A stretch of 64,000 nt of DNA from Auanema rhodensis (Eukaryota; Animalia; Nematoda): NCBI GenBank assembly GCA_964057225.1, contig OZ059899.1, positions 13,516,001 to 13,580,000 on the forward strand, read 5' to 3'. Under the pieces are notes generated by a model, which did not search any database, was not told the origin of the DNA, and saw only the letters and a list, made by a program, of their open reading frames with translations. Shown here one piece after another: positions 48,574 through 61,139 of the stretch; the stretch's first letter is position 1; every line of letters starts with the position of its first letter. The position numbers and the translations under genes were made by a program.

Positions 48574-49196
48574 TTAAGCCAAGTTGTTGCATTTTCGGTC
48601 GTTGTTACGTCCAGAGCACATTTTTCCAGCTTTCTTTGATCGGCTCTTTATTTTCGAATCGGAGTTGACATGAGAAGCGGCAACTGCCCTCTTCATCTTG
48701 CCTGCTGACAACAATTCCGTAGCAGTGCCAGCCTTCTTGGCAGCAGGCATCTGAAGAGTTAAAGGTGACTCAACGTCAGCGAACAACTGAAATATACTTA
48801 ATTAGGAAATTTGGACGAAGTGAATAACGTACCAGTCGCTCTAGTTGAAGTCGTTGAGCAGCTAATGCTTTAGCTTGTTTTAAAGCTTCAGCTCGTTTGA
48901 TCTGCTCTGCTGTGGGTGGTGGTGACATCTTTCGCGAAGAGAACGACAAACTGTCGATATCCCTGATGTCAGGATTAGGCACTAAGACGGGAGAGCTTCG
49001 GCCAGAAGCCACATCATCTACAAAATACCAATCATCTACAGTTGAAGCATCATCCTTGCAAGAGCTGGGAACTACGTTTTCTTTGGCTACCTGAGAACAA
49101 AATTGAAATCAATAGAGTTTAAATGTCCGTAGAACTTACAGTAGAATCGTTGGAGTCCTCAGATCCGAAGATGTAGTCATAGATTCCAGTCAACAT
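48574..49196 (-). CDS. DOR/TP53INP-like LIR-motif protein (3 coding exons)
   Basis: MLTGIYDYIFGS N-terminus, acidic LIR-like VDDWYFV, basic C-terminus KMCSGRNNDRKC; clean GT-AG junctions. Confidence 0.72.
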
Positions 49197-49491
49197 GTTG
49201 AGTGAGTGTACGTAAAAATACGTTCAAGGATGGGAAATAGGGTAGCGGATAGAGGAGAAAGCCTGCAATAACATCAGATGAAAAAAGTTGATAACTAGAG
49301 ATAATCAAAACGAAGTGACAAAGAGAAAACGACGAAAAAAGACGACGAAGAAACAATAAAATAATTGGGAAGGTTTGGTATAATTAGAACAGAACGATGT
49401 TCTAGTGGCGGACGACTGGATGATTATGTTTAAGAATCGAATGAAAGAACTAGACCGACGAGAATGACAAGCACGAGAGGACTGGCCGGAC

Positions 49492-52400
49492 CACGTGGTT
49501 ACGGGTTTGCTTTGACTGAGGCGCCGCTGCTTTGGTGACCACGACCACCAATAAGACTGACTGAATGGCCAGTGGTGGACGAAAAAGGAGAGAACGGAAA
49601 AGAGCGAAGGCAAGAGAGAATTGAGGAGAAGGGATAGAGAAACTGTGTAGAAGAGAGAGTATAATAAAACATCATGGAGAAGAGAGAGAGAGAGAGAGAG
49701 AATGAGAGAAAGGAGGAAAAAGAGAAGGCTATGAATACTGAGCCTCAAAGAGAAAAGGCTGGTGTAGATCGATACATGCCGAGCTTTTCATTCGATACAA
49801 TCCGTCGTCTTTCTCTTACATGGATAATATTGAAAACAAATAAACATTACATCGTAAAAGAAATGACGTTTGTAATCACAATTAGGAAAACTTGACTATT
49901 CTTTATCTTATAAGGTTATTTTTGGCGATCTCGTTGCACCACGTGATTAACAAGAGAGCTCATCATCATCTTGGCGCCTCGTAGTCTCACCACGTGCATA
50001 TGTATTTTTGAGAAATCTCCGCCCCATGACTAGAGCACACAATTTCATAATTTAACTTTATGACAAATGTAAAGCAATAAAGTGATGTGAATTGGGTAAC
50101 GAGTATGAAATGTGTTTGAGAAAGCGCATTGTAAGTATACATGCAAATGAAAATCTGGTCATTTGGCCTAGTTCCCAAAATTGGTTTATATTCAATTCAG
50201 GTGGTAAAACAACATTGAACTTGTGCCTTTAGCGAACACGTGTAGTTGTTCTCCTCTCTCTTTATGTTTCTCACTCACTCTCTCAAGTTCTCTTCATATT
50301 ATGGTTGTAATGGTCATCACCTCATTTTCATTTCAACATTGTGATGATCCTCGTGACTTTTCTCTTCCTCTCTCTCTCATTTCTAGTTCATGTGATGATA
50401 TTAGGTAAAGAAGACTGGATAAGCTGTTTGGGGGAGTGTGAATACATTTTACGCAGAATGAAAGAGAAGCAGAAGCTTCGTTTGTTTTTTTCGACAAGCA
50501 GACTTGAGAGCGAAAGAACAGAGACTTGTCTGGAGAGGTTGAAACAGAACACGATAAAGAGAGAAGACTAGTAAGTATAATGGACCACTGAATGAGTAGG
50601 TTGTGTGAGGTGAAGAAGAGGAAGGACCGTTGGATGGCTCTTGGCCTGCAATCAATCGAAAGACCATGTGTCCCAACAGATGGTCCCGTGATGACGATCG
50701 CAATGGTATAGCGCTTGAGTCCGGATTGAACTGACCAACAAACATCTTATTATCCACACGCCAACGATCTAGAATACAAAGTACTATAAGAGAGAGAAAG
50801 AGATATAATGGGATAATGAGAGAAAAAGAGAAAAAAAGAGAGAAAGAGAGATGGTGGGGGAATAGGGTAGAGATAAAGATGGTCATAGGCTTTAGTCCTT
50901 GTCATGCTACTACCTCTGTGGGCCATTATTTTATTGGCACGGACATTCTCACTCGTGATTTTTGTTGTTTTTCTAAAGAAAAAAAAATAATTGGATGTTG
51001 GTGTCATTAGAGGATTTAGGTGAATGGCAATGACAACGTTTCAAGGTCTTATATAAGTATACTGGAGAAAACTAGTAAGGTTTTGGTCATTAGAAATAAA
51101 GATTTAAATTATTTTAACAACAAGTAGATTAGATACTAATCTGAAAAAGGGATGGTAAAATAATAATAATATTCTTTATGAAAACAAAGATTGTCAATAT
51201 GATTAAGGAAAAAAAATTAATTTTTGTTGATCGAAAAAATACGAAAAAAGGTTTCACAGCTCGTATTTTGATGGTAGAACAGGCCTGAACTACTTCTTCT
51301 CTGATATTCAGGAAGCAGAGCAGGAAGTATTTTCCAGGTGTTCCAGGAGAACCAAGGGAGCATGTACAGAAGGAGAATATTCTTTTCTCTGTTTGCTAGT
51401 GACTGTTTGGAGAGAAGAGAAATATCTTAAAATTAATAACAAAAATAGAATGTTAGAGGGAACAAGGACATATGGGTCGTGTTAAATTGGATATCTTATA
51501 GCAGAAATTAATTCAAAGAGAGATTGAAGCAGAAACAGAGAGAAGGAAGTGAAGCTGAAAGAGCGAGGAAGCGGGAGAGAGGGAAAGAGCTATTTCGTTT
51601 GAGCATAAACCTGATACAGTGGACAAAAGTCACAAGAGATGCAAGATACATACAAGAAGCTGGGAGAGACAGAGTGAGAGATTGAGTAAACGACCAACAT
51701 TTGCAGACAGGCTGTTGTACAGCTGGCTTAAAAGGAAGTCAGAGAGGGTGGTTCTCTGTCTACTTCTGTGTCATAGTGTTCTCTATGCACTTGGTCAGTT
51801 AGCCACAGTGGCTCTCCAGCTAACAAATGATCTATATATATCAAGGCTTTTTGAGCTCTCATTTGTGTCCGGACAGAGAGGAAGGAGGAAGTGAAAGAGA
51901 AATAACAGAGAGAATGAGACAGTATAGAGTGAAGAGAGTATCTAGATGTAATAGAGGTCAGAGTTAATTAGAGAGAACTTAGTGTAAAGAGAGTCGAAAG
52001 AAAAAGATGGCGATCATGTGAGAATAGGAGTTGGACGGTTGGTTGACCCACACAAGGGGACAGCAGATCACAGAAGCTTATTAGATAAATGAGAGATGTG
52101 GAGATGAGAAAGAAAAATACGAAAAACGCAGCCTGATGCAATCTGATGACGTTGGTTGGTAATGGGGAGAAAAGGAGAGAGCGACAGATACATAGAGAGA
52201 AAGAGAGAAAGAGCTACTATTCGATTGATGCTTCTCATATCGCTCAAATATATTTTTCTTAGACATTGCTGTTTCTTTTTGAGAAAAAAAAAGAAAATTT
52301 GGAAAATTGCATGGTACTTATGGTGTCTCGTCAGCTGGTACATCAACCTTAAGTTTAAAGTCGAAAGAAAAAGAAAGAAAAGGGTAGAAATTAAGATAAA

Positions 52401-54585
52401 TTGAAAATGTTTTTCATCTGAACAAAAAGATATTTCTCGTTCAAATATTCCATTTGAGAAGTTGAAAAACTGGCCATCTCAATATTTTAAAGTTTAAGAA
52501 GTAATACAAAAAGATTCAGCGCTCAGCTGATGGTCAGATGTTCTTTTGTTCGTCAGTCTTCGCATTCTCTTCCTCATCCAACTAAAATACTTGCTATTGG
52601 CTGTTGTGGTTGAACCAAAAATAACAGAAAAATTGGAAGATTGATGATTGAAACTACGAACCATATTTTTGAGACTATTGTTTACTTGTCTATTCTCGGC
52701 ATATTATCTATAGTCGACATGTAATCGTAGACTAGATTTGGCTAGGATAGCCTCTTTTCATACATAGAGCCCTTGTAACCTCTGCAGGAGGTATCACTGC
52801 AGGAAATCATAGTGGTTGCTTGGCAAATCACAACTAATTAGGACAGAGGAGATGAATAGAGTCAGAAGAGGGTGGGCGGTTTATCTATAAGAATAATTAG
52901 TCGGAAAATCGATGAATACAAAGCAAAATTATTGTAAAGAATTTTTGAAAAGGCAAATTTGTGGACGAGGCGACAGAATTTTTTTTGCATTTTGATCATA
53001 ATTATAATCATCTTCAATTAGCTTTTATTGGAAAATGATGTTTATTGTTAGTATACAAGGCTAGAGGAAAGAAAGTGAGAATGACGAGATGATAGAGGGA
53101 ACTACAGAAACGGAGGAATTGTTGTCATACGTAAAGAAGCAGAAAGGGTTACGAATCGTCGTTCAATATTTGACAGAAATTGAATTCGAAAAATAAAAAT
53201 ATATTTCTGATCCAAAGACAGATAGAAATCGAAAAATGACGTGTAGTAAAATGAGAGAGGGGGAAGGAAAGGGTATGCAGTGTATACGAAATCTGCTGCG
53301 GCTTGTTACACGGCTATACTCAAAGCTATATTTGAGTCAAATCATGAATACAATGCATATGTAATAAGAGCTTTTGATGAAGGCCGGTCAATGGAAACTG
53401 AATAGTTCAGTGGATCAGACATATTCTATGGTATTCCAAAGAGTTTCCATTGTATTTGATGACCGTTTCAGCTTCTCGTATCTTGTACATCATATACAAG
53501 AGTTCAGAAGTTCACGCTTCTTCTCAAAACTACTATCTATAGTTGCATTCATATGCCGCTATATGAGGGTTAGCAGACATGCTCAGATGAACAAACACTA
53601 AAGCAAAGGGAAATGTTTATGTGAAGGCGAGAACGTAGTAGGAGACTGTGCCCAAGACACATAGAGGATAGGCTCACTAAGTCTAGACTAAAGCCTCTCT
53701 TGTCTCACTAGCGAACTTATTACGGTGGAAGAAAATAGAAATAAGAAGATGCAAAAGAAAAGAAAAGAAATATAGATGTGAGACGAATCAAAAGCCAACC
53801 AGACCAATATATGATGTACATTTCTCAATCTAAAAACGAAAAACATAGAAGAAACGGGAAGAGAGAAAGGAAGAGAGAGAGAAAGGAGATTCAAAAGATA
53901 AATCAGAATAGTTCAATTAAAGAACACAGCATGTTATCATTCAGAGATCACAATGTGTGATTTTCACTAATAAAGCCTGACTGAATCAAACCAGAGATAC
54001 TTTGAATGCAAAACGAGCTGATGCGTGTATGATTTCGACATTTTTCTTCAATATATGATAAGGTATAAACGAGCTATGAATGTTTGGATCTCATATTTCT
54101 AAGTTTGAAGTAAAACTTATCCAGTTAAACTAACCGATCAACCTCTCAGCGTTAAGTATCTGCTGCTTCTGCCGATACTGCTGTTATTCCTGCTGCTTGT
54201 CAAGAGATGTATATCGTTCGCGTGATCAGCTGCGAATGAAGTCGGAGACTTGGGTCTGAAGCACAGGACCAGGACCAGGCTGCGGACTGGGATGTTGAGG
54301 AGGAAGAGGTGGAGAAAGGTGGTGGAAGGCAGGTAGGCGGAGCTTAGCAACTGCGGCGCGCAAATCACGTGTGGTGACGCGAACGGCACGTGAATTTACC
54401 GAAAGAGAAAGAGAACAAGATAAGAAGAGTATTGAGAAGAGAAAAATGAGAGAAAAAGAGAAAAAAGAACAAAGCTATAATAGCTGAAGAAAAAGAGAGA
54501 TAGAAAGAAAAGGTTGAGACACAACCGCACTACACGTCAGGGTGGAGAGAAATGATTGAAAGAAAGAGACATGCAAACTCACGTG
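49492..54585. promoter_or_regulatory. CACGTG E-box cluster upstream of the DOR-like gene
   Basis: CACGTG at 49492, 49940, 49991, 50237, 54366, 54387 and 54580. Confidence 0.55.
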
Positions 54586-55020
54586 AAATAGCACACGTAA
54601 TATTCTAATAGACAATAATACCGAGATATAAAGAAAAATGGAGAGTGTGAGCTAAAAGGTAAGACTAACATTACTATCTTGATAGACAGTAGTAGAAGTC
54701 TTGGTCAATGTTTAAACAAAGAAGATGTTCACTCATTGTCTACGGATATAGTGAGAGAAGTGTGAAGATTCAGAAAGTGTGTACTAGATCATATAGGTTA
54801 AACAAGGTCATTACATACAAACATTGTATGCTTAAACTTGGGTTGGCACTATATTATATATAATACATCAATAAATAAAACAGCTTGGTTGGCAGCTAGA
54901 GATTAAGACAGAGAGTTTCTAGATTTTTTACGAGATACTTGAAAGAAACATGAAATTGATAAATACGAGACAGTGAATGGATGGCATATGCTCGCAAAGA
55001 AAGTTAGTAATGATAGCAAG

Positions 55021-55053
55021 TGTGTATGTGTGTATGTGTGTGTGTGTGTGTGT
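55021..55053. repeat. (GT)n microsatellite
   Basis: TG run; another at ~60177-60218. Confidence 0.9.
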
Positions 55054-56584
55054 GAGAGTGAATAAGTGGGTGAAGAAAGTGAAAGTAAAAGTAAAAGAAG
55101 AGAAATAAACTGAAAAATAACTATTGAAAAGAAATTATGTAAATTGTCAAAACAACAGAAAGTTATCGTGAAGAAGAAGAAGAAGATGTAAGTATAATCA
55201 TGAAGCAGTAAACATTAAGCTGAAACAATTGATTTACATTGTGTGAAAGAGTAAAGAAATGCGTATGAAAGACTGAAAAATATTTTTTTGCTTAACGTGT
55301 TCAAGAAACAATCACTAATTCTATAATTACCTCCGGAAAAAACTCAACATTTATCCGAGTAATAACTGAATATCCCATATAAATACTTATTATAAAAGAT
55401 AATAAATACAGAACATATGATTCAAAAGGACCAGATTTCCATGAAAAAAAAAGAAAATTATACCGACAAAACATGAATGCCATGTGGTTGTGAGAAAAAG
55501 ATGAATCGTAAAAGGCATATCGGTCAAACCATTTAGCCTAGGTTATAATAGTTCTTATTCCGTATTAGTCTCTGAATAAATAAATCGAATATTAATTATA
55601 ATAATATTGAATGACAGAAGAGGATAGAGCGGATCAATCTGCAGATTTAGAATTGAAAAGCAATTAACGTTTTCTAAGCCTTTTAAAAATGAACATAATT
55701 AGTTAATGACGTAATATAAATGATAATATAACAAGAATACTGAAAAAAGATTGATCAAAGTTCATGCTACAACAAACGACAAAATAGAAAACTCAACAGT
55801 ATAATGTCGACTATAAACTCTCTCTCTCTATCTCTCTGGTTCCGATAAATCTGTCATACGATTGGATATTAATATAGAGAGATTGGTGGAAAATTAATGA
55901 TAAAAGTACTATTCTCCTTGTTATAAGTTTAATTTAAGATAAGTTATCTTGTGTGTGCCGTAGACTGAAAGAGGACGAAAGAGAGAGAGAGAGATAGATA
56001 GATAGAGATGTGAACGAGGTGGGTTGAAGAGGGAAATAGCAGATAAGGCGTTATCAATCGAAATAAGTGAAAATATTGTTTTGCTTTCATAGAAATTATT
56101 TTATATGCAAAAGGGATAGTATGGAACAGAGAAGTTGTTTTTTTTGAAATGGAAATGAAGAAAGGAAGGAAAGAAGGAAGGAAGGTAGATTGTTAGTGGT
56201 ATAGTATAAGATAGAGGACAAGGGTTGAAGATGGGGCCTAGCCCAAAAGTGCTAGAAAGACAGCGATCGTTCGAAAGTTTTGCTAAAAGATGATGTTAAA
56301 CAGGTTAAACCTGTCATCTGAGTGCATAAAGAAAAACATCTAAATAAGAAAAGTGTGAGAGATAAAGAGAGAACCAGAGTTGAAGTGAGATACAAAGTTG
56401 ACATGGATGGAAATAGGAAGGGGGAGTAATTCTGAATATAGAAATAATATGTATTTTGCCTTTCTAGCGCACCTTTTCACCCATCCTCACTTTTACACAT
56501 TTTCAGCCATTTTAAGGCTTATTTTCATTGATTTTCTGTCTTAACTCTCCGAAAAATGTGTCATTTTAAACAATTTTCAAAATT

Positions 56585-56722
56585 ATGAAAAGGTGGAAAT
56601 GCGGAATTAAAGAGAAAGAAGTTGAAATTGTAAATCTAGATTCTTCTAGTGGTACAGGTACTCATTTGGTTTGTTATAAAAAGATAATTTATTCCAAGTC
56701 AAATAAAAAAAAGACCTTGTAA
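56585..56722 (+). mobile_element. Degenerate fragment of an adenain-type cysteine protease of Maverick/Polinton/adintovirus origin
   Basis: 45-codon frame below the ORF-track cutoff: KEKEVEIVNLDSSSGTGTHLVCYKK, matching the IVNLDxSxGxGTHWV motif around the catalytic His; the downstream YFDSFG and catalytic Cys are missing. Confidence 0.6.
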
Positions 56723-56759
56723 TTAAAAAATACAAAAAGAACCAAGAAGAATTTTATGG

Positions 56760-57192
56760 GGTTCCTTTTTGATAATAACATCTGGTTTGCTTTGAACAAC
56801 GAAAATTGTATTGAACTCAACCCAAAGTTTCTTGCAATCAAATGGAGATTATTTACAGATATTCACTCGGACGGAAGTGAACAGAGCCATATACGTCTCG
56901 ATGCATTATAAGTTAATTCAATAGAGAGAGAGAGAAATAAAAAGAAATAAAAAGAATAGAAAAAAAACTTACTGTTCGGCTTTTGCCCACGAATCCATCA
57001 TCTTCCAGAAAACATCATCGTTTAATTCGGAGTGTCGGCAAGCGAATCGGCAAAAGTACTTAAACGCATTATGTGACTTCAGATCAGATCATTGACAGTA
57101 GCGCTTTCTTTAAATTGTTCTCGCACATCTTCGAACTTCGTCTCATCAAGACAGATTAACTCAACGCCATTGACGGCGAACTTCTTCGGCAT
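56760..57192 (-). pseudogene. Intron-containing pseudogene of unknown family
   Basis: tttcag-a-ATG start, MPKKFAVNGVELICLDETKF...; a 5-bp duplication (AGATC x2 at 57081-57090) shifts the frame; GTAAG donor at 56972; stops in the next exon. The 3' limit is approximate. Confidence 0.5.
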
Positions 57193-59399
57193 TCTGAAAT
57201 CAAAATTTTAGTTGTCAAAGAAAATAAAAAAAGAATACAAATGAAATATTGGGTTTGAAGCGACTAGAGAGTAAAACATTTTGAGAGAGGAAATCAAAGA
57301 TAAATGAAACAGCAAAAATAGTTAGGGTTAACGAAAAAAAGAGCTCTGATTAAAGTTAACAGTTTCTCTCCTTCATATTTGTCTCTGCCTTCCACTCTAG
57401 CCCACCGCGTTTGAGTGTTGCGCCGCGTGCGGTGCGCTAGAACGGCAAAATATATATTATTTATAGAATACGGTCTGGAATCTTGTCTTCCTGTTAAATT
57501 GTCTGTCAGGTAGTCTGTCAGTCAGCCAGTCATTCCAAGCAAGAAAGAAGGTCGATCGCTTCATTCTATCAGGCCAATCTTATACTTGACGTTGATCACG
57601 TGTTTCACGACGAGTCAGTCTTTCTTAGGCGAAGAACGATGAACAAGGTCCAGGTTTTATCTTCGTTAGTGGATAACAACTGACTTGAATGTGTTCGTTT
57701 ACTATAAACCGTCTGCTGTCATATACAGAATATATGTAGCCGGAAGATGTTGACAACCTACGAGTGTCACTGATCAATGGACTTATTTTTTATGATATCA
57801 ATTATGTTTTCCTTGTTAAACATCGGTAAAAACTAAAATTTTCAAAATATTAATCAGAATGAACGCAGAAGTTAGATAAGATTAGGAATATGACAAACTA
57901 CATCGAACATCAAATTGTGTGCCAAAATTCGAAGTAACAAATGATTAGTGAAATTATAAAAATAAAAATATATTATAACAGGAATTACTTTCATTTTATT
58001 AATTAGAAGTTTTTTAAATTTTGTGCTTCATGACATTCATGGAGAGGTTGTTGAGAGGTAGGTTACAGGTATAGTTATGAAGCAGGAACCTAAATTTGCA
58101 AGTTGCAATGTACATTGTTCAAAACATCTACCACAGACACTAATTGATTTCTGATTTCTTTCAATGACTATTGACTGTTGATTCTGAGTCAAAGATGTAT
58201 ACTTGAATACACGAAATAAATAAAAAAAACGCCAATGAATTTCGTTTAACTATACCGTGTTGCATAAAGTATATATTACATCATTATTATTAAATATCAT
58301 ATAGTAATAGAAAATACTATTATAATTTAAATGTGAAAAATCATATGTCTTACATCAAAGTAAATAATGACTACAATATTCTTTTCCATAGCTTATACAT
58401 GACAATACCCACTACACTGCCAATAAATCAGAGTTTACTGATGGTGATGGTCGTACATTCACAGTACAACTCACGCTGATCACGTGCAATTCAGATGAGC
58501 AAAGTGGACTGAATGCGTGAGCGTAATTCTTAGTAATGACTTCATATATACAAATATATAATATAGTATAATATAATATAAAATAGAAGTCGTTATACTT
58601 ACTATTTACATGTTTTTAATGATATTATTATTATTATTATTGATTTTTAGTCTGTATATTTTCTGTAATTATAAGTTACGTCATACTATTGGTTAAGTGA
58701 ACGGAATGATCAGCTGGTTTTTCTCCCATTTGTTACCATATGTGGATTGACATATACATGTAGACGCATGTATCTAGATCATATCTAGTTAGTCAGCTAT
58801 TTCGCACTAAGACCAAACTCTCTGATCGTTATTTTTATTGAAATCACTTGTCGCATTGACAGGCAGAGAAAAAAAAAACATTTCAATACTATGTATATAT
58901 AATCAGTATTCATTTAATATTTCCGTTTTTATAGCATTTATGTGGATATGCATCTGCCTGGTTTTATATATGGTTGATATATAGTAAGCATGGGGTTGCA
59001 TATGCCGATACAAGAGAACATCATGATGATAGTACTACATAGAAGCAGACATATATGGTTTTTGATATATTTATATATTTATGTATATGCAGATGCTAAT
59101 TCGATAGATGAACAGAAGGAATATTGTTTATAAGTTCGAGCATACGCAGGGGGTTAACGGAAAAAGAAGAGGGGACTGACTGTAATCTGAGTCCATTTAG
59201 TTGTTCTCTCAGCTGTTCTGTCGTGGACATTTCAGTTTCTGATCTGAGCACAATCTGCACTCTACTAATATTTCGTTATCTTTTCAACTCTGCTTCTCTT
59301 TGTAGGACATGAGGATGACCAAAAAGGTATGGATGCAGAAGGAGCAGGTTGCGTAGCGAAGATGAGCTCAGCTTCTTTTCTCTCTCTCTCTTTTTTCTT

Positions 59400-60011
59400 C
59401 TATTCTGTCGTGTCATGGAGTGTGCGTAGAGAGAGGGATTCGATTTGGAGAGCCGCCGAGATTGCGTCATCCTTCTCACAGGTCAATCGGACATCATGCC
59501 TTTCTTTGAGCGCTGCTCTTAGATACTCAACATAACACTCCTCACAAATAACCCAACATTTCTGAAGGAAAGGAATAGAGGGAAAGAGATAGAGACTGCG
59601 AGGTAAGATGGCGATCAGAGAGGTATGAGAGAAGTAAAGGAACATGAATCAGATGTGCATACAAACACCTGATTATTATAATATTAGGTTGAAGGGCCGT
59701 CGTACGACTATTGTCTTACGTTGTCAAAAAAATAAAAATAAAGATGACAATGAAAAGGAGTAGGGTTGCTTTCCATTTCAAATAGAAATATGCACTATTC
59801 ATGATGAACTGAATCATTTCAAGAGACATTAAGATCATGATACAACATTGATTTACGATCGTCTGAGATATTTTCAAATGATTGAGCAATAGTGCCGAAA
59901 TTCGTGTGACGTAAACATGTGGGAAACTTTTAATAACAAAAAAAAAACAAAAAGCAAAAAGAAACTTACTTGAAAACTTGAGGGTGTAATGCAACCAGCC
60001 GTTTCGCACAT
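59400..60011 (-). CDS. Putative 67-aa Cys-rich microprotein (2 exons: 60011-59970 and 59561-59400)
   Basis: MCETAGCITPSSFQ|KCWVICEECYVEYLRAAL...; GTAAGT donor and cttcag acceptor, both phase 0. Confidence 0.5.
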
Positions 60012-60183
60012 ATTTACTATTCGAAATGATAAATTCATCGAAAAGCTGACATATAGCACGTACACGTGACTCGTTGCCCCTTATTAGCATAATATTTATA
60101 AATGCTAATGAGGAAAAGGAATAAGTAGTGAAGACTGAACATATGATTAATGCATAAGTCATATTTATTGTTATTTGTGTGTA

Positions 60184-60216
<33 letters not shown>

Positions 60217-60833
60217 GTGGATCAAATAGAAATGGCTTTCAGCTATGAAAATATAATTCTAAACTAATAATATATAAATGGATAAATAGTTAGCTGATTG
60301 AGAGATTAGTTAGAAGCAATAATTTGATCTTTTCATCTTTATTGAATGAAATAACAGACGTTTAACAAATAATATATCTTGCAATGATTCTTTTAGTTAA
60401 TAATGCACAGACCACTTATTTAATCATAATGCCACTGTATATAGAAACTAAATATATAAATATATAGGTAGTGTATGTGTATGTAGTTTATACTCATTGT
60501 TCAAATAATCATAATTGTCTTAGCTGTCAATCTTGTGACTCATGTTTCTGATCTAATAGTGAGTAAGATTTGATGCTAAAAACAGACAAAAACAACCAAA
60601 ATGACTTATATAGTAAAATTCATTTGAAAAAAGTTTGCGTTTCGAATGTTTCGTCTAGTCTTTTATTATTTTTCAAAAAATAACTAATACTTTCATTTAA
60701 TGTATTTAATGATTTTTAGCCAAAACAACAGCTTAGTTGTATTAATATTGATATATCATGTAAACACAAAAGATTTATTGATTGAAAGAAAAATAGTTTG
60801 TAATCGTTATATACAAGCAGTTAATGAGTTCGT

Positions 60834-61139
60834 TTACTGATTGTTCGTAAGAGAGGTTCGGATGTTGAGCTTGGGAGCTTCGTTAGCAGAAGCACCGTTC
60901 TTGTTGCTTCCCCATCCCCAGTAGCTTGGGTAAGCGGCATATCCGGCGTATCCAGTGTATGCTCCGTAATAGTATGGTGAATAAGCGGCAGCATAGGAAC
61001 TTGGATAGGCATATGGAGCTACGTAGTAAGCTTCAGAGTTGGCAATGAAGCAGGCAGCGACGAGGGCGAGGACAGCGCTGAAATACATGAATGGAGTTTT
61101 ATAAAATGTTAAAGGAATATCTTACATTTTGGCGAACAT
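60834..61139 (-). CDS. Small secreted Tyr/Ala/Gly-rich peptide precursor (WGSNK type, 2 exons)
   Basis: TATATAA ~45 nt upstream; MFAKIAVLALVAACFIANSEA signal peptide, Y-rich body, WGWGSNK, ends SLTNNQ*. Confidence 0.85.

Noticed and set aside
49305-54389. Hydrophobic or charged ORFs in the GA-rich region
   Set aside because: Low-complexity translations of purine-rich regulatory DNA with no splice-consistent model.
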